A stretch of 64,000 nt of DNA from Selaginella moellendorffii (taxonomy: Eukaryota; Plantae; Lycopodiophyta): NCBI RefSeq assembly GCF_000143415.4, contig NW_003314276.1, positions 1,199,434 through 1,263,433 of the forward strand. Direction: 5' to 3'. The position numbers and the translations under genes are program-made. The first letter of the stretch is position 1, and the number at the start of each line of letters is the position of its first letter. Below the pieces are notes generated by a model that saw only the letters and a list, made by a program, of their open reading frames with translations, did not search any database and was not told the origin of the DNA. Shown one piece after another: positions 1 to 13,200 of the stretch.

Positions 1-82
1 AAGCTGAGAAGATTGCAAAGATTTGAAGTTAAAGAGACATCATTTCTAATGTAAATTTGTTAAATACGTTCGTTAGCGCTGT

Positions 83-3000
83 TCATAATATAAAATACCT
101 GCTACAGTTCTTACACTCCGTCACCTCAAAGGATCCTCCCACAACGTTGTAGACTCCGCAGGACACGCACTTGAGCCTGTTGATCTTTGCGGGCTTGAGC
201 TGCTTGTAATAGTGAACGTAGCCCAGCCGCGGATGGACGAGCGTCTGCGCGTGAGCGTAGCTTGCTCCTCTCTGCTGCGGATTCTGCGCCGGGAGAGATG
301 GGGCCTTCTTCAGCTGAACGCAGCACTTGACAGGCTGGAGCTTGCACGCCTTGAGGTGTTCCTGGATGATCCCAACGCGGCTGTCACCAGTGATTTCTGT
401 TTTACTGCTGCCTTCGGCCCCGGTGAAGGCTCTGAGCGACTTCAGTTGCGAGGAGAGGAGCAACGAGAGCTCGGCCGGCGGCTCGATAAGTTGGTCTTCG
501 CAGTAAGCCTGTAAGTTACTGAGCTGCATCTGAACGTGAGCAATCTCCTGGACCAGACTGTCCCACTCGCTCGATCCTCCTGTTCGTTCTCCATCGAGCT
601 CGCAGCTAAGACCTGTGGCTCTTGGGTGATCCTCGCAGCTCTCGTCCAGATATGCCAAGTCGATGTCCTCCACTTGAGTCAATGGCTCGTCACGCTCCTT
701 GCTTCTCCTTTCCAGCAGCCCGTACATACTGACGAAGTTGTGGCGGACAACCAGCCTTGCAGCGAGGAGGTGCTCGCAAGTGAACATCGTCTCGAGGCAG
801 TCGCAGAAGTTTGTGAGGAGGTTGACGACGTGAGACTTGGCCGTGTCACCGTTGCAGCTGTGGACTCTGAAAAGAAAACCCGGCTCGCTGAGTACCTCGA
901 AACATGCTCGGTTATTGTTGTATTGAGCCAAAAAGCGTTCTGCAGCAGCCAAGCGCTTGCGCTCCGCCGAAGTGCTCGATTGACTGTGATAGCGCCTCGA
1001 ATCACCTGAGAAAGTGTTAAGGACTCGAAAGAAAGGAAAAGACTGGTGGATACAAAGGACTTGTCTCTGCCGAAAAAACTCCTCCAGCGTACCACCCTCT
1101 GGCTTACTGCTTGTCAGGGCGCTTCCTACCAAAGCCAGAAGAAGATCGCAATTGCTCTGGTTCATACGCCCTCCAAACAAGGAATACTTGATGAAGAGCC
1201 ACAAGTAACTCACTATGTTGATTGTCTCTACGTTTCCATGCTCAAACAACCTGCCAAAAGTCGGCCAAATTCTCCGCCAAGCACAATGAGAGCCCAACCA
1301 TCCCATTTCCAGATAATCCACAATCTCCTTAAAACCACCATAGTCCTCCTGTGCATCAAAAACAAAAACAGGCCACTCAAGACAGAAACATGACAGAACT
1401 ACCTTAAATTTGTTCCAAAGATTATCGAAATCGGCTTCAGAAGGGGCCATCATCATTCCATCCAGTTGGCGATACACATCTTTTCTCATTTCCGATGCGA
1501 CCTGCTGCAAGCAATCAGGAAATAGTTACAACGAAAAAAAGTTTTCACCTGCGGGAGAAGATTCTCAACCCAAGCTCTTTTCACGCAAAACCAGCACAGC
1601 AGTAGCCGACAAGCGATCTGCTTACCATCCCTCCAGCATTTCTCGTCCCGAGAGACAACACTGAACAAAGCGTCAAAGCTCAGCCGCGACTTATCAATCA
1701 AAATTGCAGCTGGCCTCACAGACAGCTGCTTGAAGACTGCTGTCAATGCCAGCTTCAAGGCAATGCTCTCGTGCCTTGACCCCGTGTCAGCCGAGCACAT
1801 CATGAAAAACACTGGCATTCCAATGCCGTCCTGGAAGACGTGATCAAAAACCATAACAAAATAGAGATAGAGACAGTAAGGCACCTGATTAGGAACGGCT
1901 GCCGCATGCAATGGAAGACCCCGTATACAGGTTGTGAAAGTCGAGTCGAGGGCCCAAACATTACCCGCAGAAAACCTTTACAAGAAAAACAAACGTCGTT
2001 ATAAGAAGAATGAAGAACATAAGAAATGAAAACAAGACCTTTCAGCCATTTCTCGCATCCATGGAGTCATGATGACACACACGAACGGCTGCTTCTCTTC
2101 CACGGGATTAAAAACGTCATACTGCTGATAAAAAATCACAGTCTTCTTTTTCCTGTGTGCGTCAACCTCCTTGAGCAACCGGACCCAATCGCTGCTTGAG
2201 ATCTTGCCTAAAAGAAAGCGGTACAAAACCCAGCTGTATCAGGCAGGAAGATAAACATTGGACCATAAAATAACGAAAAAACCGACAAACCTTGAGAGTT
2301 CAGCTCCATGGTTAACTGCGCCACCTCTTTCGGGATCAGACGAAAGCGAAAGGTAGCTTTGTCAAGGTCCGTAGCTCTGGACTTGAGTAGCATATCCATC
2401 CGCAACGACGCTCTTGCAACCGAAATCACGTCCCAGGACAAGTCAAACTCGTACAAAGCAGCTTCTTTCGCGGACGAATGGACGGGAAAGTTAACGTAAT
2501 CTTCTTTGTCGTTGGGATTATGCCCCCTGTGTGCCCTGTTGAGAAGTACTGTCACCAAGATATTGCTCGAATCTAGAAAATGGCTGTTTGCCTGCATTTG
2601 CTCAAAGTAACTCCCATGGCCGTCCTGGAAATCTGGAAGTTGGCTCGAGCTTTTGGAGCCAAGAAGGTCCTCCGACGGATCCACGGAAGCTGTTCTCTCC
2701 GGCAAGTTTACTGGCTCTGGAAACTCCGGGTTGAGTTCGGGCAACTGAGAGATCCTCACCGGAATGAGTGTACGTACTCGAAAAGTGCATGGTAATCCTT
2801 GATGAGTAGCACCAACATTTTTGCTTGAGGAATCGGCTCCTTCCTGCTTTCGAAAACCACGGGCACAAACCCAGGTGGTGACGATCGAAGGCTCAGGACT
2901 GGCGATCATGTACGTGCTCTCCTTTCGCAGTGATACCCTGTGCCGGATGCAAAGGCCCTCGATGAAATCATCCAGATGCTGCCAAGGAACAGTGTGAACT

Positions 3001-3761
3001 TCCGGCCACCTTTCAGGCAAGTTCTTTCGGAGACGCTTGCTAGCCGGGGACTCGTGAAGCTGGTCATCGCATTTCGGGCACTCTCCAATCCTGGCCTTGA
3101 TGAAATCCTCTGGGATGCCATGTTTCTTGTTCCCAGTGACGTAGAACAGCCCCAAGTTCTTGACAGTGTCGCGGAGGTTTAGACACGATCCACTGCCAGC
3201 CTCGACATGGAACTTATCGACGACGAAAGGCCACTCCTCTCTGTAAGCTATGATCCTTCTAAACTTATCCCACTTGGAGCTCAAGCGCCGGCGCTTGATC
3301 CCATCGCTTTCCACGTCCATCACCACCAGAGCGCTGGACAGGGATTTCCATCGGCTCAAGAGAGCGTCGGCCACAGCGCGGTTGTTCCTCCGCTTCTCCG
3401 GGAAGCTTGGATCGGCCTTCTTGATCTGCCCCTCGCTTGGCTTGGAGCCAGAATCCAAGCACTTGATGGTCAGATCGTAAGCGGCAGCATTGAAAGCGTA
3501 GGATTCCAGCGATCCAGAATTATCTCGTGGCGCCTGGGGATGATTCTCTGAAGGCGCCGCTGCCGCTGCCGCTGTCGCTACACAAGAAGAAACCCTCTCT
3601 ACATCCTCGAGGCTGTCTAGAAATTCTATCACATTGAGCTCGGCTGCTGGCTCAGAGACTCCAAAACCCTCAAAATCTACATCACCTTCCCTGGCCGCCG
3701 CACCTGCTGCTGCGTCCCAGCCCTGACCCCAACTGGATTCGTAAGCACTCATCGCTAGCAT
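83..3761 (-). pseudogene. Multi-exon MULE (Mutator-like) transposase gene with SWIM finger, probably degenerate
   Basis: Four adjacent ORFs (2208-3761, 1999-2226, 1486-1911, 83-1510) are joined by short GT-AG introns, e.g. ~1831-1884 and ~2234-2290. MULE-like motifs are WALDST, GMPVFF, AILIDKS and LLCWFCVKRAW, followed by SWIM-like CDCLETMFTCEH and a C-terminal CxxC...CxxC. The expected C..H histidine and the TN..E glutamate look substituted (CWFCV, TINIVSY), and a frame change seems needed near 2210-2230. Confidence 0.75.
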
Positions 3762-3849
3762 CGCTGGAAAGCATAGCTACAAATCACTCCTAGAACCCTA
3801 AAAATCAATTGATAAGATTAAAAGAACAATTGTTCTTTTCTAATATTAA

Positions 3850-6800
3850 TGGTTGTACAATTAATACTTGAGCAAATGTTAAATGGTTCAGAAAGAGGGT
3901 TAATATAAAACCTTGTGTTAATTGTAAAAACAAAAGGATCTTAAGGAATGGTGTTTTGAATTTTAATTCCAAGTCCATGTGGTAATGTGAAGTTGTCCAT
4001 GAGTGAAAATTGGGTTAAACTTCAACTCAGTCAAATATCTATCCTTGGCATTTAGAGATTGTTAAATAATAACCCAAACGGATTGGAAATTGTCTTTTAG
4101 ACATTTTGAATGGAATTTTTGTATTTGATGGTATTAATGTGATATGTGGGATAAATCTTATCCTTTTAAATTGCTCTATCACAATTTCACAATCTAAAAC
4201 ATTTGGGAGTGCATTTTTCAAAATGAGACGTGTGCTATTGCATAATCCTACTAATAGAGATATATTCCTTTAGAAGGATAAAAATAATACTTTATTTGAG
4301 AGAGAGATTATATGGTAGGAGACCAAAAGGTGTGATAGAATTTAGGAATTTTATTCGAAAGTTTTCAACAAAATCAACACTTTCATAGATATATGTATCA
4401 CTTTGTAATTTAGAGACAATAATGTTGTTGATTGCAAATGTGTTATCCTTAAGTGGGTTAAGTATGATTCGATTGGCTACAATATAAGGGTTTGAAATAT
4501 CAAATACTGAAGGGTAGATAAAATCAATAATAGATGAATAAATTAGTTGTGTATGAGCTAATAAAATGGAGTTAGAAGGTAAAGATGGTAAATTTTGAAA
4601 CTTTTCACCATTTCTAACTTTAAGAAGCTATTCAACCCATGATTTATCAATTTCAATAAGTTGTATATTTGTTTTCAAAGATAATTTTCTAAAGAATCTC
4701 TATAATTTGTTCATTCTTATAGAACTTGAAATAATTTATGCCCTATATTGATATGGAATGACCGAAAGTATCTGTCTAAAGTCCCTACTAGTGACAACAA
4801 TTATGCCACCAAAAGGTAATGACATTTTTTTTAGGTCTCACAACATTCAATTAACAGTAGTGAATGCATGAGTGTGAACCATATTTATTTCATCCTATAA
4901 TAATATGTTAGTAGTTTTGATTCTTATACCTACTTCACTATTAGCAATTGTAGCAGAAGTTGATGTTTCATTTATTGGAATAAGAAGTTTAAAAGTAGTA
5001 TGTGAAGTTTAGCCATTATAGAGTAAATTACTTGCAATTCTTGTCCAAGCCATACTAACAACATTTATTTTTTTCAGTTGTAAATATTTATAAGAGTGCT
5101 AAGAAGAAATGTTTTACCAGTACCACCGGGGCCATTAATGAAAATGTATTGATTATGCTCAGTTGGGTGATCAATAACATTAAGAATATCATTAAAAATA
5201 TTTAATTGTTCTTGAATAAATTGAGGAATATTTTTTTTAACATTTTGATATATTTATGTTGAGTTAACAATATTTTCATCATTAAAATTTTCAGACTGTA
5301 AAAGTAGGTGGTAGTTTTGATTAGTTTTACTATGCATTTTTATTTTAATATTTATATCATGTAAAGCATGTTCGTAATGAAAAATTAGATTTGTTTGCAT
5401 AAAATCCTCAGCGAGGAAGTTTTTAAATTTATCCCATAAGAAGTAAAAATCTTTTAGAGTGCAAAAGATACAAAGTAATACAAATAATTGTCTTAATTGT
5501 GATGGCATTCTAAAAAAGTTAGCATTTTTTAAACATTTTTCCCATTCAGTATCATCAGTTATAAGTCCTATTGCATTTGTAACTTGTTGAAATATGTTAT
5601 AATAAATATTGTTAATTATCTTGAGATTTTTGAAAGACATAGCACTTTTTTTATAGAGTAAAATAAGATGTAAATGATATAATTCAATATTGGATGGTGA
5701 CATAGAATACATTCGGGGAATGACATTTCTTATATATCAAATTTTCTAATTATAAGTATGAGGGTTAAATATATAATATAAAGGGATTTCAAGATATATA
5801 TATTGTCTAGCATATGGGCATTTATATTTAATTTAAACCATTTTGTCAACACAATACCATTTTGAGTAGCTCTTTGAAGTGCCATTTGTTTAGAAGCTTT
5901 TATAAAATAGACATCTTAAAAATTTGGAAGATGGATAGGAAGGTAGATTATAGGGGTCGAACAACTATGTATTTTAAATTTAAAAAACCTTCATATTGCC
6001 TTTGGAGCAAATATGTAATATGTATTTAAAAAAGTTGAGATTTCATCCCAATTTAAAATATTATTAGGTTGTTGGGTTGTTGAATGGATTTGAATTGTAG
6101 TACAATCATAACCTTTATAAACATATTGAAATAAATATTTAATACTTTTTATAGTAGCACAAATTTCAATATTAATATGAGAATTATATTTTTTACAAAG
6201 GTATTTATTATAAGGTACTACCCAAAGATTATCAATATAGCACCCATTTTTTAGAAATGTGCAGCTATTATAAAGTCTATAATAATCTAGATATCCATCA
6301 ACACTAAAAGTAGTTTCATAGTTAAATTGTTTTGAATAAGCTTTTGAGTAGTGCCATTTTTCATACAAGGACTATTAGGGTAAAGAGGCCCACATTGACC
6401 ATGTATCATATGAGATGTAATTATTTTAGAAATTTTTAATTCATCTTGAGGATTAAGCAATTGTGCCATTATATACTAATCAATAGCATCATAGTCTTTA
6501 ATATTGTTTTCATGAGATAAAATCCCTAAAAAGTGAAAATGTGGAAGGCCTCTTTTATGAAATTCAATTACATATAGAAAAGCAATATAGTTTCCGAAAA
6601 TATCTTTTTTAGTAATATCATTCAAAAATACTTTAGAAACCAAGTTTGGATGATCCTTAGGGCCTTCATTTGGATGTAAATTTTTAGAAATTTCTGGCCA
6701 TTTGGGATTGTATATAAAAGTAATAAAAAATATCTAGCTTTGAAAAATGAGTAATTATAGTCATTGCATCTTGATAATTTTGTTGCATTGCTCTAGGGCC

Positions 6801-8120
6801 ACCCCCAAAACTTGAAGCTCAAATAACAATCTTGCTTGGATTTATATTTTCATTAGTAGCATGGTTTACAACATAATCCATAAGACCAATATACATTTCA
6901 ATTCACAGTTTTTTCTAATGAGTGCAATAGTAATTCAAATTATTGCTTTCAACTTTTACATAAGCATTGACTATATATTGTTGTGTGAGTTTCCTATATG
7001 TAAAATTTGATCAAAACCAAGGTGTATTGTGTTTTTTTTATAGATAAATGGTATGTATAATATTGGAGTAATGTAATTTGATGTCTAGAATTAAAAATAT
7101 TTTTACGCCAACCTTTGTCACCAAAAGGAAATATTAATGGGTAAACTATTGGATCACAATTATAATCAAGTGTTGAGATACATTTAGAATTGCTTACAAT
7201 TGGATATATACAAATTTCACAATTATGTGGTGGCTCTCCATCATCACTAACAAACACAACAGCAACATCATTTTGTATGGGATAACTTGAAAGTGTAGCA
7301 GAACGAATTTCTTCTTGTTCTATTGCATACATCATTTTGAAAGCATGAGCATATGGGTTAACATAATGAAGGAGAGCATCAAAATGTTTAAGTAAGTTTG
7401 TCTCACAACTTGAATTAAAAGGGTTTTGCTTTCTTATATCTGTAGCTTCCAGAGTGTCAAGCATATAAAATTTGATATTGACCTTCAGAAGGATATGTTG
7501 ACTCAATATTATGATATATTTGACAATGGATTTTAAAGCAATAAGGACCATGACCTTTTACAATATCAATATTAGAAGACATAGATGCAAAAGCAAGAGC
7601 ACTATTGTAGGGTATAATATTTATTCTAAAATTAGAGTTCTTATTTTGCTTGTAAAGTGAAAGTAAATTAAATGGTAAAGGTGATATTGTAGGTAATATA
7701 ACTTGGTTATTCTAGCAACACATTGAAGAGTTTTCATCTTTAAACTACAATGCATTACAAAAAGTACAAAAAAATGATAAACTACCAATACTAAAATTTA
7801 TTATGTTAAAGTCATTATAAATGCTATGGCTTGCTAGTGTGGTATTCATGAGTGGGAGTGGTTAATTTAATATTGCTTGATATATGCAATCATCATAATG
7901 ACATTCATGTAAGGTTCCAGATGCTTCTAACTGTCCAATTGATTGGTGTATATAATCATTATCATGATTAATATTTTGGTGTTTGTAATCATCATCATGA
8001 TTATTTTGAACAGCTATAGTATGTGTATCATGATCAATCATAGTTTTAGAGGCATCTAAATCTCCATTAGATTGTTTACTATGTCGTATGGCTCTCAAAA
8101 GATGGCAGAGGCGAGGCATT
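3850..8120 (-). mobile_element. Decayed Helitron (RepHel: HUH Rep + PIF1 helicase), many stops and frameshifts
   Basis: Rep motif IEFHKRGLPHFH (~6535-6570), HMIHGQCG...SPCM, WVVPYN...HINIEIC...IKYLFQYVYKG, Walker A GPGGTGKT (~5110-5135) and helicase C-terminal RQFPIRLGYYLTISKCQG (4039-4100). The region is extremely AT-rich. Ends are approximate. Confidence 0.92.
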
Positions 8121-8148
8121 TTCAGTCATTTTGATTATATATTTAAAT

Positions 8149-8150
<2 letters not shown>

Positions 8151-8192
<42 letters not shown>
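8151..8192. repeat. (TA)21 microsatellite
   Basis: Read directly. Confidence 0.97.
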
Positions 8193-8196
<4 letters not shown>

Positions 8197-8379
8197 TTGA
8201 GTTTGTATAGAAGTTTATGCAGAATAGAATAGAATATATATACATATAATTGGATAATTATATGTAATCTAAATATTATAGAATTGCTTACAGTTGGATA
8301 TATACAAATTTCATGACTATGTAATGATCTGAAAGGAAAACATTAGAATTTTGCAAAGCACACTCAAGAACAACAAAAT

Positions 8380-9280
8380 AGCTCCAATGTTGTGTTTACC
8401 AATCTCTGCCTCATAATCCATAGCTTTACAATTTTGAGCTGCAGCCCCAAGTGCTGCTCCTACACCAGCATCAGGTTACCTGGCACAGCATCCAAGACAC
8501 CTCAGAAAGCCCATAAGCACACATCATTGAAACTGGCCCTTCAAGATTGTGATGTTTATGGTCCACTTGTGAGATCAGCCTGCACAAGAGAGATAATGTG
8601 AGCCAAGCCAGATCTTCTCCACAAACTGATGTTCTTACTGGGGCGTGTGAGATGCAAGTTCCATTCAATCCTGTGACTATGGTTTTGGCTGAACATCCAA
8701 TCATCCCCGGATAGAATAGGGAAGGAATCATACAAGCTGGAAAGGTGGGACTTCAAAGTGGCAGGGAGTGCTTCCCACCTTAGAATCTCGGAAACTGGAA
8801 CTAAATTTTAGATTCGACGGAAGCAGTATCAGACAGAAAAAAAATCTCATCATAGAATACAAAGATATTTAAACTTACAACTTACCTCAATCTAAAATCG
8901 AAGCTAAACCAGTTGGTGCTGCAATGTTGCCTTCTCCTTCTCCTTCTCTTTCAAGAGATTGTTATCCCCATGAGCACCTCCTCTAGGAGCTTACAGACAC
9001 ACAAACTCTCACGGGAATGCCCACACAACCACGTTTGAGTAGAGTAGCCATGGAGCCCTAGGAGTGTATGGTGTAACACCTGTCACCACACCCTCTTCCC
9101 TTCCCGGCCACACATGCATCCCACCCATTGGCCACCACAACATTGAGCTGATGTTCCTGCTAACCATGGCCATTGGTATTGGCCTGGGCCTGGGGTGGCC
9201 TCCCCTTTTCGAGAACCATGGCTTCTGAGGCTGCCTTGGGTCCAGGACTGGACAGCTGCAGGGGTCTGGGCCCTTCATTC
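8380..9280 (-). pseudogene. Unidentified degenerate gene fragment
   Basis: GC-richer island in AT-rich DNA with a minus-strand splice donor (GAG|GTAAG near 8885) and protein-like stretches (LKEKEKEKATLQHQLV*LRF*IE; LRWEALPATLKSHLSSLYDSFPILSGDDW) broken by stops. No family recognised. Confidence 0.3.
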
Positions 9281-10209
9281 TTATTATTATAGATTCTTTT
9301 ACTTCCTATTATCACTAAGCTCCCTTTTAGTTCAACATGAAGATAACAATATGCATTTTTGTTGGATGACCATATAAATTCAAAACTAAATTTGCATTAT
9401 AAGACAATACATTCTATTTTGTGATACCAAAATATTTCCAATAAGAAGATAAGTACCATACTCATAAATCCAACAATTATCAAAATCTAAAACCTGAGGA
9501 AGTTATTTATACTAACAAATCAATTGATTAGCAGGACCTATATTGATATATTTAAATTCATATTTTTCTGAAACTCCAAAAGCCCTAAAACAAGCATACA
9601 TCCAAATAATGTCTCAAATCTATCAATAAGCTGTGATTGGAGATACTTGAACAAAAGTATTAGGCTCACCATTAGACTCTTTAGATGTGTGAAATTTATA
9701 ACAATATTAAGAACATTATCTATTGTATAACTCCAAGTATCTCCCAAGATTCTACAATTTTATAATTAAATAGATATAATTATTTGAGTGAAACTGGAAG
9801 CACTATTATGTACAATTATAGTAATAACTATAGAAAAAATTAAATATAATAATATTGTAAACATAATTGTGTTCAGTTTCAAAAAAATATAATGCTGTAT
9901 ATAATACTCTAAAATGTTATAAATATCACTAACTTTCTTAAAAAAAGAGTCATATAACTTTATACAATATATCTATACTTCTCCTTAAGATTAGATAGTG
10001 AAGTAGTTGGCTATGGTTTTATTAATCAATATTATTCTTTACTTAGAATAAAATAATCTAAAATATTTATGAAACTAAATATCATCTTCTAAACATAACA
10101 CTTTAAATCAGCGGTGTGTTATTTTTAACTTATACTATAACCATATAAAGATAGGATATATTTAAAATAAATTGCCAAGGTTAACTTTATTATAAATATA
10201 TACTTTTAG

Positions 10210-13200
10210 TTGTGTAAGTGCATGGAATATGAAAATGGAATACAGAAATGCATATCAATTAGCCTAAAAACCCTATCTTATATACATAATCAAGTGGTCT
10301 GGATTGAAACCAACCTGACAGCTGTCAAAATCCCACTATGCTAATATTAATGTACTATTGTTAATATTAGTATGTAATATTGTAACCATACACTTAGACT
10401 TCACATCATCCCCTCCTCTCTAAAGGATAGAAGGCAATTAGGATTTTTTAGTTAATGGGTTGGGATTTAGAGAAATATTAGGAGGAGGCATTGGTGGATT
10501 TATAGGTGGTATTAATTGTTCTTGATCCTTTTGTATGAAGCATTTTAGTCATTATACATGTATGATTTCTAGAGGATCAGCTTCTTAAACATCATGATAA
10601 ATCTCATAAATTTGTGGTCCAATTTGCTATAACATCCGATATAGTCCCTTCCACTGTGCAAAGAGCCCATTACATAAACTATGTATTGTAAGATTTGGAA
10701 AATAGATTTAACACTAAGTCATTCATTTTGTACTCTGTAGGTGAATAATGATAGGAGTTGTAACACCATTATTGTCCCACTTGTATACAACCCAAGTGTT
10801 CGGTAAACTCTACTAGGACAAGTGGAAAAATGCTCGTTAAATATTGATCCCAAGACCTAGCATCGGTAGTTTGTGGCAATCATAATAATAAACTCAACTC
10901 CATTACTAGTATCGGATCATGACCATATAAAAGTTTATATAATGAAGCATCAACAAAACTCTACACCTCTGTGAGATACACATACCGAATAGACAATAAA
11001 TAACCATCTCAATCAAAATACTGAAAGTTCACATACTTCATGATCATCCCTTTGAAAGTCCGAATGAGCTATTCCATTAAACCATCTATTTGTGGATGAT
11101 AGGGACTTCATAAAAGTATGGCATATCCCTAGCCAAAATGTTAAAATGTGAAATGCCTCAACTATAAATGTGGGATTATTATCGGAAAAAGTTTACTCTA
11201 GATAGGAATGTTGAAACATTATTTGATTGAGAAAGAAGTGTTCAATAACAGTTGCAAATGCACTAGCAAGAGCACTGACTTCCACCTAACAAGTCAAGTA
11301 GTCAGAATCAATAATGAGATATTCATTGCTAGTAGTCAACTATGAAAAAGACCCCATTAGATCACATGCCACAAACTCAAACAAATAGGAAATTGCAATT
11401 AACTCCAATCATCCTTTTGTAACACAAAGGGGAGTATTACGAGCTTGGCACCAAATATAATTATGCATATACCAAATAATATTATGTCACATTTGTAGTC
11501 AATAGAAAGACTTGTGCAGCTTCTTAGCCATATGATAATGTCCTATATACTTATCTAAAATAATAGAATCATGGTAGGCATGGAGAAAGCATGGAATAAA
11601 GATCAAAGACACCACCAACTATAAATGATCATCAATATCTATCCCCACAAAATACAAAAGGTTGTCCTCAAATCAATATTGAGAATGTAAATGCTAAAAT
11701 AGCAAATTATTAGCAAGTGATGTAGAATTCTCAAACCTATCACAAAGCCTTTGGATCAACCTTTTGAGCCTGATGAACCTCATAAAAAAAAGGTCAATCT
11801 TGCTTTGCATCTTGTGAAGATTAAATATTAAGTATAGCAACAATCGAGAGCATAGAATCCTTGTCTAAAATTCCATAAATGGTGGAATAATAAACTCATC
11901 AGAAATATAAGAAGAGAGTGAAGAAAGAAAAGGAGCTCAAGAAAGGGCATTAACATCAGCCATAAAACTCCCTGAACGATGAACAACCTAAAAATCATAT
12001 ATTTGAACTTTAAACCCCACCAAGCAGTACAACTAACCAAATTCTTCCACTTTAATAATAAAGTAATTGCAACATGATCACCTTCTAGTAGTGTTCAAGA
12101 ATCATGTAAATATGTATGAAGGTTTTTGAAACCCTAACTACTGCTAAGCACTCATTATTTGTTATGGAATAGTTTGCCTCCACTGGTTGTAATGTACGGT
12201 TAATATATGCAATAGGATGGTGCTGACCAGGCACACTCAGTGTAGCGCATGTGGTTTTGACCCTTTATCCTATGGTGATTTACCATAGGATAACACCATG
12301 AAGCGAAACTTAAACCCTCTTTATGCCACGTGACACATGTCATATGTCATATGCCACATGTCCAAAAGACAGTGGTGCAAAACCCGAGTTTTAGGGCCTT
12401 GGGCACTGAACGAAGGAATGATGCCAAACTCCCAAGCATGAAGCCAAGGAGCAAAGGAGTCGGACCACAAAGCAACTTCTGAGTGTATAGCCCAAAGAGC
12501 GAAGGGACAGGGGCACGGAGCGACTTGGAACAGTCTTAGAGTATCTAGCATCCCAATGCTAGGACCAATATGCAAAATGGAGCCAAATGGAGTTTAGCGC
12601 TATTTCAGTATATCGGTGGTCTAATGTGAGGACATGGGTACTTCACCAGCTAGCATGGTGTGGAGCTTGGGCTTAAACCCAAGTCAGACGCAAAACAAGG
12701 ATAGGCACGCAAACAGGAGCTAGATTATGCCTCAGGTTGGTCGGCCATGTCCGACCTACCCACTATCCCTACTATACATTTGGAACCCCCCATAACCCCC
12801 CCCCCCTTTGAGGAACACATGCTTTGGGCTTTCACCCCAAGCGTCCCTTAGTATCAAGAGTTAGTCTTTAGGACAAGTTTAAAACTTATTAAATATGGAA
12901 TGTCCTTAGATAGCGAATTTGGATACAGGACGAACACTATTGTGTTCAGAACGATCTCTACATTCCGTAAATATGCCAAATGAGAAAATCTAGATGCTTT
13001 CCATAAATAGCATTTGGGACCAAATTGAAACTAACACAAAGGGCATGATAGTGAGGGTGTTTGGCAGACACAATAAGCTATCATCCAGCGATATTGAGGG
13101 ACCAATCTCAATACGCAAGGTTCTTGTCATTAGCAAGTGCAAGACAAAATGAGATAGGAACTCCTTATCGGGCTAAGTATACTTAGCTAATAACACGTAG

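Noticed and set aside
126-3551. Plus-strand and alternative-frame ORFs over the MULE gene (likewise over the transposase and cargo genes)
   Set aside because: These are shadow ORFs of GC-rich coding sequence.
3790-3839. CTAG plus the 20-bp palindrome AAAAGAACAATTGTTCTTTT as the Helitron 3' end
   Set aside because: The hairpin is AT-rich and too far from CTAG, and the A|T target context is absent. The terminus is not established.
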